From positions 1 through 64,000 of the forward strand of contig CAVTRY010000011.1 in assembly GCA_963737265.1 (NCBI GenBank): a stretch of 64,000 nt of DNA, written 5' to 3'. A model generated the notes under the pieces. The model did not search any database. It saw only the letters and a program-made list of their open reading frames with translations, and was not told the origin of the DNA. Source of the DNA: an uncultured delta proteobacterium (GTDB lineage Bacteria; Myxococcota_A; Polyangia; Fen-1088). Position 1 is the stretch's first letter. Each line of letters starts with the position of its first letter. Position numbers and translations under genes: made by a program. Shown in pieces: positions 8,415 to 19,107 of the stretch.

Positions 8415-10409
8415 TCAGGGTTGACAGACGCCGGCGGCGCAGGTGCCGCCGGTCGCGCAGCGGTGGTCGCAAGCGCCACAATTGTTTGCGTCCGTTGCCG
8501 TGTTCACGCAGGCGTTTCCACAGCGCTTGGTCGTGCTTCCGGCGCAGGCCGTCGCGCAGGCGCCGGCACTACAGAATTGCCCGGTGGGGCAGGGCTGATT
8601 GCAAGCCTCACAGTTCGCGCCGTCGGCATTGACGTTGGTACACAGACCGCCGCCGCAAGGCTTGACATTGACGTTGCTGCCGCAGCCGGCGGTGCAAACG
8701 CCCGCGACGCAGCTTTCGCCCGGCTTGCAGACGGTGGCGCAAGCGCCGCAATTGGTGAGCGAGGTCTGCGTGTTCACACAACCAACGGGAGGACAGGCCG
8801 TGAGCGTGCCTTGGCAGGAGGTGGCGCAGAGCCCGTTGGCGCACACTTGGTCGAGCGGACACTCGCTGCCGCACGCTCCACAGTTGGCGCGGTCAGAGCT
8901 AATGTCGGCGTAGCCCGTGCCGCAATTGGCGTAGGCGCCGTCCATGCCAGCGATGAAGGTGCCAATGTTGGTGCAGGCGCCTTCGACGCAGACCTCGCCG
9001 AGCTTACAGGCCGCGCCGCAGGCACCGCAGTTCCAGAAGTCGCTGCGCAGATCCGCGCAACCGCTTCCGCACGGACTCACGTTGCCACAGTTGGGCAGAC
9101 AGGTGGCCTGGGCACAGATCTGCCCGGCTGGACACACGTTGCCACAGGCACCGCAGTTGTTGCGATCGCTCGAGGTGTTGGCCGCTCTGCCGCCGCAATT
9201 CTTGATGGGCGGAGTTTCCACGAAGGCCACGCACTGTCCCTCGATGCAGCTCGTGCCCGCGGCACAAGTGTATCCCAGCACCCCGCAGTTGCTTTCGTCG
9301 GATGCGAAGGCCACGCAGCTTGCGCTGATCAGGTCCTGGCCCACGGCACAGGTGTCGGTGCAGGTCCCGGCGGAGCAAGTTTGTCCCGCCAGGCATGCGG
9401 TGGTGCAGCCGCCGCACTGGCCGAATGAGGACCGCGAAGCGCAGCGGTCGCCGCAAAGCTGGGCGTTGTCGACCCGGCAGGAATCCACGCAGGTTCCGCC
9501 GATGCAGCTTTGCGTGGGCGGACAATGCGTGCCGCAAGTGCCGCAATTGTAACTGTCGGTGGGCAGGAACGCGCAGGTGCCTCCGCAATTGGAATCCGGT
9601 GCCGGACAAGTCGTCGTACACATGGCATTGATGCAGACTTCCCCGCTCGCGCAGCTGTGATAACAAGCCCCGCAGTTGGTCGCCGAGCTCGCCGCGTTTA
9701 CGCAGGTTCGTCCGCATTGGACAAGACCAGCGGCCGCGCACGCTGTCGCTGCCTGACAAGCTCCACCCAGGCAGACCTGGTCGGCCGTGCAGGTGGCATT
9801 GCATGCGCCGCAGTTGTTGGGATCGCCGGTGATGTCCACGCAGGATCCCTCACAGTTCGGCCCGGATGGACACGCTTGGGTGCAGCTTCCATCGGCGCAA
9901 GCACTGCCATTTCCGCACACCTTTCCAATTGCGCCACAGTCGTTCGAGGAGGATCGCAATGCCACGCAGGCCAAGGTCGGGCCTTCATTCGAGTAAAGTG
10001 TGGCCGCCACAAGGTTGGCCGCGCAGCCAGTCGTGGCCGTCGCACAGATCCCATTGCTACAGATTTGGCCGTCGGGACACGACGTACCGCAGGCACCGCA
10101 GTGCTTGGCTGAGCTCATGAGGTTTACGCACAGCGAGTCGCAAACGGTGAGGCTGGGCGGACACGCCGGGAAACAAGCCCCACCGACGCAAACCTGGCTC
10201 GTCGAACAGGCAACGCCGCACGTGCCGCAATTGAATGGGTGGGTAAGCAGGTCGACACATCCGTCCCCGCACAGAGTGCGACCCACAGCGCAGGTGCCGT
10301 CGGGAAAATCCTTGTAAACCGGAAGCTTCGAGCTCGTGGACGAGCTGCAGGATTCCACGGCGGAAAGGACGACGGCGGCGGCGACAAGGATCGACAATCG
10401 GTGCGACAT
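8415..10409 (-). CDS. Cys-rich tandem-repeat lipoprotein (myxobacterial MXAN_6577/Stig1-like repeats)
   Basis: Signal peptide with Cys; about 14 copies of C...D..NCG.CG..C.....C..G.C; GAGGAG RBS. Confidence 0.85.
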   Translation of the reverse strand: MSHRLSILVAAAVVLSAVESCSSSTSSKLPVYKDFPDGTCAVGRTLCGDGCVDLLTHPFNCGTCGVACSTSQVCVGGACFPACPPSLTVCDSLCVNLMSSAKHCGACGTSCPDGQICSNGICATATTGCAANLVAATLYSNEGPTLACVALRSSSNDCGAIGKVCGNGSACADGSCTQACPSGPNCEGSCVDITGDPNNCGACNATCTADQVCLGGACQAATACAAAGLVQCGRTCVNAASSATNCGACYHSCASGEVCINAMCTTTCPAPDSNCGGTCAFLPTDSYNCGTCGTHCPPTQSCIGGTCVDSCRVDNAQLCGDRCASRSSFGQCGGCTTACLAGQTCSAGTCTDTCAVGQDLISASCVAFASDESNCGVLGYTCAAGTSCIEGQCVAFVETPPIKNCGGRAANTSSDRNNCGACGNVCPAGQICAQATCLPNCGNVSPCGSGCADLRSDFWNCGACGAACKLGEVCVEGACTNIGTFIAGMDGAYANCGTGYADISSDRANCGACGSECPLDQVCANGLCATSCQGTLTACPPVGCVNTQTSLTNCGACATVCKPGESCVAGVCTAGCGSNVNVKPCGGGLCTNVNADGANCEACNQPCPTGQFCSAGACATACAGSTTKRCGNACVNTATDANNCGACDHRCATGGTCAAGVCQP

Positions 10410-10984
10410 CGAATACTCCTCGGTAGGGATGCGAACGATGCGGTGCCCGAGTAGGTTAGCAGCCAAAGCGGCCTGCGACGAAATCTTGTTGATAGGCTTC
10501 CGGTCGAAGGCTCGATCCGCCTCGGCGGGCATCGACCAACTCGGCCAAAAGCGCGTCAATGTCAGTCTGACCGGGTAGGAAATGGGCGGTCTGGTGGATC
10601 GAGCGTGCGTTATCGTCTCCGCCTCGACCTCGGCGGCGACGGTCGCGGGCGACATCCGGGAATGGGGCTGAGCTGGCGCAAGTCACGAAATTCACCGCCG
10701 CCTGCGAGTCTCTTGCCGCGCTGGCGGGCCTCGGGCGCAGGCAGAGATGGCGGGCAAAGTTGGGAAGCGACCGGTTACCGATCGGCCCTATTTCGTGCGG
10801 ACGACCATCAAGGACTGGAGAACATCCGTGAGTGCGCGCGTACCGCGGCTCTATTTACGACAAGTTTAGTCCTTTGAAAACTGAACGAAACGTGTCCCGG
10901 CCTATAACTGCGTTAGGTTGGCGAAGCAGAAAGTTCGCCGACCGTTTCCGAACAACAACGTCTTGTCGACGAGGCCTATAGCAC

Positions 10985-12097
10985 ATGAAGACAAAAGCTT
11001 GCTCGCTCCTTCGGAGTTTTCTCCTCCTTACCCTGGCTGGAATCGGATTGTTCCCCTCGACGGGCAGGGCAGCGGATGCGCCTATCACGGTTGGCTTCAT
11101 TTATGTGGGTCCCAAGGACGACTACGGTTACAACCAGGCGCACGCCCAGGGTGCCAAGGCTGTCGCCGCGCTTCCTGGCGTGAAGATCTTAGAGGAAGAG
11201 AGCGTGCCCGAGACGGTCGCCGTCCAGAAGACCATGGAGAGCATGGTGAAGCTCGACGGCGCCAAACTGGTGTTTCCAACTTCGTTCGGCTACTTCGATC
11301 CACACGTGCTCAAGGTCGCAAGCAAGTTCAAGGATGTCTGGTTTCTTCATTGCGGCGGCCTCTACACCGAGGGCAAGCACCCAAGCAACGTGGGCAGCTA
11401 CTTCGGCTACATCGACGAGGCCGAATATATTTCGGGCATCGTGGCCGGCATGACGACGAAGTCGAACAAGCTCGGTTTCATCGCTGCCAAGCCCATTCCG
11501 CAGGTATTGCGCAATATCAATTCCTTCACGCTGGGCGCCCGTTCGGTGAATCCGAAGGCGACCACCAACGTGGTCTTTACCGGTGACTGGTCCATGCCAG
11601 TCAAGGAAGCCGAAGCTGCCAACAGCCTTATTGATCGCGGCGTCGACGTGCTGACCGCTCATGTGGATTCACCCAAGGTCATCGTCGAGCTCGCCGAGCG
11701 GCGCGGGATCTTTACCACGGGTTACCATGTCAATCAGTCAGCCCTGGCGCCCAAGGGCTATCTCACGGGCGCCGAGTGGAACTGGGCCAAGGTCTACACC
11801 GACTATGTGGAATGGGTCCGCGAAGGAAAGAAATTCCCCCATCTTCTGCGCGGCGGTCTCAAGGAGGGCTTCGTCAAGATGTCCCCCTATGGCAAGGCGG
11901 TCAGCGAGGCGGCCAAGAAGAAGGCCGACGAAGCCAAGGCCCAATTCATGAAAGGCACGATGGTCGTCTACAGAGGGCCCATCAAGGACAACGCGGGACA
12001 GGTTGTGATTCCCGCCGGTACCGAACAGAAGCAGACCGACATAGCCCTTGAAAGCATGTCGTATTTGGTCGAGGGCGTCGTCGGCAAGACGCACTAG
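10985..12097 (+). CDS. BMP-family ABC transporter substrate-binding protein
   Basis: VGFIYVGPKDDYGYNQAH, TSFGY motifs; signal peptide. Confidence 0.92.
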   Translation: MKTKACSLLRSFLLLTLAGIGLFPSTGRAADAPITVGFIYVGPKDDYGYNQAHAQGAKAVAALPGVKILEEESVPETVAVQKTMESMVKLDGAKLVFPTSFGYFDPHVLKVASKFKDVWFLHCGGLYTEGKHPSNVGSYFGYIDEAEYISGIVAGMTTKSNKLGFIAAKPIPQVLRNINSFTLGARSVNPKATTNVVFTGDWSMPVKEAEAANSLIDRGVDVLTAHVDSPKVIVELAERRGIFTTGYHVNQSALAPKGYLTGAEWNWAKVYTDYVEWVREGKKFPHLLRGGLKEGFVKMSPYGKAVSEAAKKKADEAKAQFMKGTMVVYRGPIKDNAGQVVIPAGTEQKQTDIALESMSYLVEGVVGKTH

Positions 12098-12103
12098 CGC
12101 GCC

Positions 12104-13231
12104 ATGGCTACAACTCTTGCGACGGCGGATGCTGCTCCGGCGAGGCGCGGCAGCGCGCTTGTTCAAGCAGCCGCGATTCCGGCGGCCGCCGTCGCCGTGT
12201 CCTTGCTGCTATTCGGTATCTTCGTCGGTCTTTTCGGGGCCAACCCGGTCCAGGTCTTTCACCAGATGATCCGGGGATCCTTTGGCACCTGGTTCTCATT
12301 TCAGAATACCTTGCAGCGGTCGGCACCGCTGATGTTGACCGCGCTGTGCACGGCCTTGCCCGCGCGTTTGGGCATGGTGATCATTGGCGGGGAAGGCGCG
12401 CTGGTCTTGGGCGGACTGGCGACCGCGGCGGTGGCCATGGCCATGCCTGCCAGTTCGCCACTGACCGTGCAGGTGACGATGCTCGCGGGCGGATTCCTGG
12501 TGGGTGGGCTATGGATTGGGCTGTCGGCGGCCCTGCGCGCCTACCGTGGCGTGAACGAAACCATCAGCTCGCTGCTGCTGAACTACATCGCCATCGCACT
12601 TTTGAACTTTATGGTGGAAGGACCGTTGCGTGACCCGGCCAGCCTCAACAAACCGTCGACGCCGTCGCTCGCGGACGCCGTGATGCTCGGAAATCTGCCA
12701 GGTCTTGATGTTCACGTGGGGTTGGCCTTCGGGCTCGTCTTCTGCCTTGCCACCTATGTGCTCATGCATCGGACGGTCTTTGGCTTTTCCGCCCGCATGG
12801 TTGGGGGTAATGTCCGCGCCGCGCAGCTCAGCGGTTTGCGCGTGGCCCGCCTGATGGTGGTCACTGCGTTCGTGGCGGGGGGCGCGGCGGGAGTCGCCGG
12901 GGCGGTCGAGGTCGCGGCCGTCCAAGGCAGCGCCAACGCATCGCTGGTAGCCGGCTACGGCTATTCCGGCATTCTGGTCGCCTTCATCGCGCGCCACAAT
13001 CCGTTGGCGGTCATCCCCGTGGCCCTGCTACTGGGTGGCATCGGCGCCAGCGGCGGGCTGCTGCAGAGGATGTTCCACCTGCCCGACGCCGCCGTCAACG
13101 TGCTGCAAGGAATCCTCTTCATCACCATCTTGTTCAGTGAAACCTTCCAGGGCCGGTCGCTGGTCTTTAAGCGGCGAGCCGTGGCCGCACCCATGACCAA
13201 GGCCGGCGATGCAACCATGGCGTCCGCATGA
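12104..13231 (+). CDS. ABC transporter permease
   Basis: Hydrophobic; IGGEG, VNETISSLLLNY, GYSGILVA motifs. Confidence 0.9.
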   Translation: MATTLATADAAPARRGSALVQAAAIPAAAVAVSLLLFGIFVGLFGANPVQVFHQMIRGSFGTWFSFQNTLQRSAPLMLTALCTALPARLGMVIIGGEGALVLGGLATAAVAMAMPASSPLTVQVTMLAGGFLVGGLWIGLSAALRAYRGVNETISSLLLNYIAIALLNFMVEGPLRDPASLNKPSTPSLADAVMLGNLPGLDVHVGLAFGLVFCLATYVLMHRTVFGFSARMVGGNVRAAQLSGLRVARLMVVTAFVAGGAAGVAGAVEVAAVQGSANASLVAGYGYSGILVAFIARHNPLAVIPVALLLGGIGASGGLLQRMFHLPDAAVNVLQGILFITILFSETFQGRSLVFKRRAVAAPMTKAGDATMASA

Positions 13232-14175
13232 CGCCGAATCTTTTGCCCGACGGTGCGACCCTGACGGGTTTTTGGGGCGTGCTGCTGGCGGTCCTGGCGG
13301 GCGCGATTCGTATCAGCACGCCATTCCTGTTCGTCAGTTTAGGGGAATGCCTCACGGAGAAGAGCGGGCGGATCAACTTGGGGCTGGAAGGGACGCTGGT
13401 GATGGGCGCCATGGGCGGTTACGGCGTTTCCCTCTACACAGGCTCACCCTGGCTAGGTGTCTTGGCGGCCGGAGCGCTTGGGATCGCTCTCGGCGCCTTG
13501 CATGCCTGGCTCTGTTCCCGGCCCAAGGTCAACGACATTGCGGTGGGAATTGCCCTGATGATTTTCGGTGTCGGGCTGGCGTTCTTTCTGGGCAAGCCAC
13601 TCATCAAGCCAAGCGCGCCCCACCTCCCCGCCATTCCCCTAGGCGCCTGGAGCTCCTTGCCGCAGGTGCGCGCGGCCTTGAACATCAACATTCTCTTCGT
13701 GGTCGGGATTGGCGTGACCGTGCTCGTGCGCTGGATGCTCAAGCGCAGCCGGTGGGGACTGGTTCTGCGCACGGTGGGCGAAAGCGCGAATTCAGCCCGG
13801 GCCATGGGGTACGACGTCAACCGCGTGCGACTGCTCGCCACCATGAGCGGGGGATTTCTGGCCGGCGTGGGTGGCTCGTTCTTGTCACTCTTTTACCCTG
13901 GCAGCTGGAACGAAGGTCTGTCGAGCGGACAGGGCCTGATGGCGGTGGCGCTCGTGATCTTCGCCAAGTGGGATCCGGTCCGCTGTTTGTGGGCCTCGCT
14001 ATTATTCGGGGGTGCCAGTGCCTTGGGACCGGCCTTGCAGTCCGTTGGCTTCACCCAGGGCTACTACTTGTTCAATGCCGCACCCTACGTCTTGACTCTG
14101 GCGGTGATGATCGCCACCAGCTCATCCGATCGGGCGCTGGCTGGTCAACCGGCGGAGCTGCGGGTGGCCCGATGA
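13228..14175 (+). CDS. ABC transporter permease
   Basis: GECLTEKSGRINLGLEG, GQGLMAVALV, APYVLTL motifs. Confidence 0.9.
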   Translation: MTPNLLPDGATLTGFWGVLLAVLAGAIRISTPFLFVSLGECLTEKSGRINLGLEGTLVMGAMGGYGVSLYTGSPWLGVLAAGALGIALGALHAWLCSRPKVNDIAVGIALMIFGVGLAFFLGKPLIKPSAPHLPAIPLGAWSSLPQVRAALNINILFVVGIGVTVLVRWMLKRSRWGLVLRTVGESANSARAMGYDVNRVRLLATMSGGFLAGVGGSFLSLFYPGSWNEGLSSGQGLMAVALVIFAKWDPVRCLWASLLFGGASALGPALQSVGFTQGYYLFNAAPYVLTLAVMIATSSSDRALAGQPAELRVAR

Positions 14176-14200
14176 CCCCGTTGCCAATGGAGTTTGCCCC

Positions 14201-15763
14201 ATGAATGCATTCGTCAACCCCGCCCATGCAACCCGCGAACTCCCTTGGCTCGCGGTTCCCGCCCTGGAGGCGACGGCGATTCGCAAATCCTTCGGTGACT
14301 TTGTCGCCCTCGATAACGTATCGCTTACCGTGATGCCGGGAACCGTGCACGCGCTCCTGGGCGAAAACGGCGCCGGCAAGAGCACGCTGGTCAAATGCAT
14401 CATGGGCTACTATCGACAGGACAGTGGCAAGGTCGCCATCGACGGCGCCGAGGTGCGCGCGCAGAACCCGCGCGAGGCCAGCGCCTTCGGCATCGGTATG
14501 GTCTATCAGCACTTCACCTTGGTGGACAACATGACCGTCACCGAGAACCTCGTGCTGTCTCGGCGCGAGCAGCCCTTTTTCTTCGATTGGCAGGCCGAGG
14601 AGGATCGCGTCCGCGCTTTCATGGAGGAGACGCCTTTTCGTTTGGATCCTCGGGTCATCGTTCGCTCCTTGTCGGCGGGTGAGAAGCAGAAGCTGGAGAT
14701 CCTCAAGCAACTCTACCTCGGCAGCCACATCATGATTCTCGACGAGCCGACATCGGTGCTTGCCCCTGGGGAAGCGGACGAGGTGCTGGGGCTGTTGCGC
14801 AACATGACCCGGGAAGGCCGGTTGACCATCCTGCTCATCACGCACAAGTTCCGCGAGGTCATGAGCTTCTGCGACGAGGTGACGGTGTTGCGCCGCGGCT
14901 GCTTGGTGGGTGTCGGGCAAGTCGCGAATCTGACGCCCGCGCAAATGGCGGAGATGATGGTGGGCAGCACCGTGCCGCGCGCAGCGCTGGAGAAGGACGC
15001 GCGAACACCCGGCGGCGTGGTGCTCGAGGTCCATAAGCTGGACGCCCACGATGACCTGGGCATTCCGGCGCTGACCGAACTCACTTTCGAAGTGCGAGCC
15101 GGCGAGATTGTCGGCATCGCCGGAGTCTCCGGCAATGGCCAAGCCGAATTGGTCGAAGTGCTGGCTGGGCAGCGAGCTCTACGCGGCGGGCGTATCGCAG
15201 TGCTCGGCGCCAACTACGAGGCTACTCGTCGCGACATGCACCAACATGGGGTGCGTTGCTTGCCCGACGAGCCCTTGACCAACGCCTGCGTGGCCAGCAT
15301 GTCCGTGGCCGAAAACGCGGCCTTCCGCCGCTTCGACCGGCCGCCGCTAGCGCGCTTCCGTACGCTGGTCAGTCGTCGCGCCATCCGCCGCGAGGCCCAA
15401 TCCTTGGTCGTCGAATACGGCATTCGAACGCCTTCCGTCGAGACGCCCATCGGCAGTCTGTCCGGTGGCAATGTCCAGCGCGCGGTGCTAGCCCGCGAGT
15501 TGGCGAGCGGTGCGACCTTGCTGGTGGTCTCCAATCCCTGCTTTGGGCTCGACTTCACCGCCGTGGCCGAGATTCGTTCCCGCCTTATTTCCGCCCGCAA
15601 TCAGGGGACGGCGGTCTTGCTGATCAGCGCGGACTTGGACGAGGTACTCACACTGTCGGATCGCATCCTGGTCATGAGCGAAGGCCGCGTGGTGCACGAG
15701 ACCATTGCCGACAAGGCCGACATGGCCGTGATTGGCCGCACCATGGCTGGACATCACGGCTGA
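14201..15763 (+). CDS. ABC transporter ATP-binding protein (two NBDs, sugar/nucleoside type)
   Basis: GENGAGKST, ILDEPT, GVSGNGQ, LSGGN motifs. Confidence 0.93.
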   Translation: MNAFVNPAHATRELPWLAVPALEATAIRKSFGDFVALDNVSLTVMPGTVHALLGENGAGKSTLVKCIMGYYRQDSGKVAIDGAEVRAQNPREASAFGIGMVYQHFTLVDNMTVTENLVLSRREQPFFFDWQAEEDRVRAFMEETPFRLDPRVIVRSLSAGEKQKLEILKQLYLGSHIMILDEPTSVLAPGEADEVLGLLRNMTREGRLTILLITHKFREVMSFCDEVTVLRRGCLVGVGQVANLTPAQMAEMMVGSTVPRAALEKDARTPGGVVLEVHKLDAHDDLGIPALTELTFEVRAGEIVGIAGVSGNGQAELVEVLAGQRALRGGRIAVLGANYEATRRDMHQHGVRCLPDEPLTNACVASMSVAENAAFRRFDRPPLARFRTLVSRRAIRREAQSLVVEYGIRTPSVETPIGSLSGGNVQRAVLARELASGATLLVVSNPCFGLDFTAVAEIRSRLISARNQGTAVLLISADLDEVLTLSDRILVMSEGRVVHETIADKADMAVIGRTMAGHHG

Positions 15764-16029
15764 TAGCTTCGTGCGCGCGCCAGAGTGCGTAGTGAGATTC
15801 GTCTCGCCACAGGCCACGGAAAGAACGCCTTCGCCGTGGACGCGATTGTTTCCAAGTACTGGTCATGCCGAGCTATTGGAGCTGCAAGGCCGCCTGGCAC
15901 AACGTCCGACAGGCGTCCGCCACCCACCTCATAACGCATGAATAACATAATTCAGACCTCTCTTATCTTAATTTGTATCCAGCGACACAGGGTCGTGCTA
16001 CCCTCGCGTCCGTTTTGAAGGAGGAGAAG

Positions 16030-19011
16030 ATGAAGCCAGGACACCTCACGAAATTGTTCGGTTGGGCCGCTTGGGCCTTGGCGTTCGCCGCCTGCTCGGG
16101 CTCGAACGGCTCGAATGGCCAGAACGGAAAATCCTGCACCATCCAAGTAGACGGTGGCGCCACCCTCCTAGTCTGTCAGGACGGCACCAGCGTGGTATTG
16201 CCCAAGGGGATCACCATACCCACAAGCGATGCTGGCACCACCAGCTGCACCATCAGCAGCCCTAGTGGCGGCGCGCAGACGCTCGTTTGCCCCGATGGCA
16301 CCACGTACGTCTTGCCGACCGCTCCCGCCAACCCCGTCCCCGCCGCGAATTGCAGCGTGGTCAGCAACGGCGACGGCACCAGCAGCATGACCTGTCCAAG
16401 CGGCGACGGCGGCATGGTCACCGTGACGGTGAGGAACGCCCTCTCGAATTTCGCCAACCTGAGCGCGGCCGAGATGGCGGCCCTGGATCTGAATATCACG
16501 CTCACCAGCGTGACCATACCCACGAGCGGCAAGCCGGTGATTACCTTCAAGGCTATCGATCGCGCCAGCGGCAATGCCATTTCGGGTCTGCCTCCGTCGG
16601 ACATGCGCTTCGCCCTGCTGAAATTGGTGCCGGCCACCAACGGGGGCAATGACACGTGGGTTAGCTACATGGCGGCCAATGCCACCAGCGTGCCCGGCAC
16701 CGAGACGGCGGCCGCGACCGCCACGGCCACCAGCGGCGCTCTCGCCGACAACGGCGACGGAACCTACGTCTACACCTTCGCCAAGAACGTCACCGACGCG
16801 ACGAACGCCGGCACCACCTACGATGCCAACGCCACCCACCGCTTCGCGATGCAGGTCTCCCAGTCGCTCAATGGCCTGCAGGTCTTCGCGCCGGTCAACG
16901 TGGTCAAGGATTTCGTTCCGGCGACTGGCGCTGACGTCACGGGCGAGAACGACAAGGTCAACGGTGCGTCCTGTCTCGAATGCCACAGCTCCTTCCGCGC
17001 TCCCGCGGGCGGCACGGGCGCCTTCCATGGCGGCACTCGCTACGACGTTCGCTACTGCGTGGCTTGCCACAACGATCAGCAGCGCTATGCCGCGCTCCCG
17101 GGCACCGGCGCCGTCCCCAACGTCGATCTCGACGCGCCCGGCGTCGTCGATCCCACGACCGGCAAGTGGAACGGCAACGCCTGGATGATCAACGGCCAAC
17201 CCTTCCTCGACCTGCCGGTCTGGATCCACAAGATCCACAAGGGAGACCAACTCACACTCACGGGCGGCCAGTATACCGGCATCGCAATGCCGTACACCAA
17301 TACCTATCCGCAGGACTTGCGCAACTGCGCCAAGTGCCACAATACCGTGGCCATGGCCACCAATTTTTCGACCAAGCCCAGCCAGCGTGCTTGCGGCGCT
17401 TGCCACGACAGCATCAGCTTCCTCGCACCGCCGCCGGCCGGCCGCAAATTTCACCCAGGAGGCTCACAGTCTGACGACTCGATGTGCGTGACCTGCCACG
17501 CGTCAGCCAGTACGCTGGATGACGCCATACCGACCCTCGTCGCGCACGTCCCGATCGCGCTGCCGGATCCGACGGCGACCAACTACGGCGGCACCAATAC
17601 CCACACGAACCAGGGCTGGATCCCAGCGGCAGGGGTGCTGCCCGCGGGCGCGGCCAAGATCACCTACCAAATCAAGTCCGTCACCCGCGATGCCAACAAG
17701 CACCCGAGCATCGTCTTTCAGTTCCAGAAGACAGTCCCGCCAGCGACGACCGCCACCCCGGTGGTATTCAATTCGCCCGGCGCCAGCACAGGCGTCGATG
17801 GTGGCGCAAGCCCCGACGGCGGCCTGGGTAGCGCCGAGATGATGGACGGGTTCGTGAACTCCCCGAGTGTGTATTTCGCGTACGCGGTTCCCCAGGATAG
17901 CATCAAGGCCCCCGCCGATTTCAACGTGACTGTCTCCGCGTATATCAAGGCGGTCTGGAACAAAACCGCGGCCAGCACGGGCACGATGACCGGTCCGGAT
18001 GCGAGCGGCTACTACACCATCACCCTGACCGCGACGGTTCCAGACAATGCGGTCATGCTCACGGGCGGCATCGGCTACAGCTACGGCACCTCCTCGAATC
18101 AGCCACTCACCGAAATCGACCTGACTGCCTTCCCCTACGGCGATTCCACGGTCGTTTCGGCATGCGCGACCGGGCAAATCTGCGGCGGTCTCATCGTTGC
18201 GGCGACCGACGTATCCATGGTGGCGACCGGATACACCGCTCGCCGTCCGATCGTGAACAACAGCACCTGCATCATGTGTCACGAGCAGCTCGGCGCCAAC
18301 CCGAGCTTCCACGCTGGACAGCGCAACGACGCTTCCACCTGCGCGTTCTGCCATAACGCGAATTTGTCGGACAGCGGGTGGTCGGTAGGTTCATCGACGT
18401 TCATCCACGGCATCCATGCCGCCTCTAAGCGGACCGTGCCCTACACCTGGCAGGCGACGTGCCCGACAGGAACCACCTTTGCCGCCGGAACTTGCACGAC
18501 TGCCAATGCCGACTCCTACGCCAAGGTCACCTACCCTGGCATCCTCAGCAACTGCCAGCAGTGCCACCTGCCCGGAACCTACGATTTTAGCGCCACGGCC
18601 TCAGCGTCCGCGCTGCCCAACCTGCTCATGAGCACGGTCGGCACAGGGACCTACACCCCGGCCATCACCAATTCGCCGTACGTCACGGCCGATGGCAGGA
18701 CAGACTATGGAACCATCTTCTCCACAAGCAGCTTGACGAGCGGAACGAAGAACGGCGTCGCCTGCACGACGACCGCCCCCTGTGTTTGCACTTTGGCGGC
18801 TCCTTGCGAGGCTTCCTCCTCGACCCTAGTCAAGTCGCCTATCACCGCAGCGTGCTCCGCCTGCCACGACTCGCCGAACGAGATCAAGCACATGCAGTCG
18901 ATGGGTGGCACGTTCTACGGAACGCGCCTGTCCGCCATGGCCAATTCGGAAATGTGCATGATGTGCCACGGCCCGGGCACCGTCGCGGCTATCGCGGACG
19001 TGCATAAGTAA
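16030..19011 (+). CDS. OmcA/MtrC-family decaheme c-type cytochrome lipoprotein
   Basis: Ten CxxCH motifs in a 5+5 layout, DNGDGTYVYTF, IHKIH, YPQDLRNC; lipobox FAAC; GAGGAG RBS. Confidence 0.92.
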   Translation: MKPGHLTKLFGWAAWALAFAACSGSNGSNGQNGKSCTIQVDGGATLLVCQDGTSVVLPKGITIPTSDAGTTSCTISSPSGGAQTLVCPDGTTYVLPTAPANPVPAANCSVVSNGDGTSSMTCPSGDGGMVTVTVRNALSNFANLSAAEMAALDLNITLTSVTIPTSGKPVITFKAIDRASGNAISGLPPSDMRFALLKLVPATNGGNDTWVSYMAANATSVPGTETAAATATATSGALADNGDGTYVYTFAKNVTDATNAGTTYDANATHRFAMQVSQSLNGLQVFAPVNVVKDFVPATGADVTGENDKVNGASCLECHSSFRAPAGGTGAFHGGTRYDVRYCVACHNDQQRYAALPGTGAVPNVDLDAPGVVDPTTGKWNGNAWMINGQPFLDLPVWIHKIHKGDQLTLTGGQYTGIAMPYTNTYPQDLRNCAKCHNTVAMATNFSTKPSQRACGACHDSISFLAPPPAGRKFHPGGSQSDDSMCVTCHASASTLDDAIPTLVAHVPIALPDPTATNYGGTNTHTNQGWIPAAGVLPAGAAKITYQIKSVTRDANKHPSIVFQFQKTVPPATTATPVVFNSPGASTGVDGGASPDGGLGSAEMMDGFVNSPSVYFAYAVPQDSIKAPADFNVTVSAYIKAVWNKTAASTGTMTGPDASGYYTITLTATVPDNAVMLTGGIGYSYGTSSNQPLTEIDLTAFPYGDSTVVSACATGQICGGLIVAATDVSMVATGYTARRPIVNNSTCIMCHEQLGANPSFHAGQRNDASTCAFCHNANLSDSGWSVGSSTFIHGIHAASKRTVPYTWQATCPTGTTFAAGTCTTANADSYAKVTYPGILSNCQQCHLPGTYDFSATASASALPNLLMSTVGTGTYTPAITNSPYVTADGRTDYGTIFSTSSLTSGTKNGVACTTTAPCVCTLAAPCEASSSTLVKSPITAACSACHDSPNEIKHMQSMGGTFYGTRLSAMANSEMCMMCHGPGTVAAIADVHK

Positions 19012-19107
19012 CGACTAGCCAGGGGCTGTCCCTAATTCTCGTGCCTGACACCACCGCCACACGAACCGAGGCGTGAGCTCGCCGGCAAGCTCGCGGTCCT
19101 GGAGGAT

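Noticed and set aside
10660-10984. Riboswitch or sigma54 promoter upstream of the BMP operon
   Set aside because: No recognisable aptamer; CGGCCTATAACTGC has GG-N9-GC spacing, not N10.
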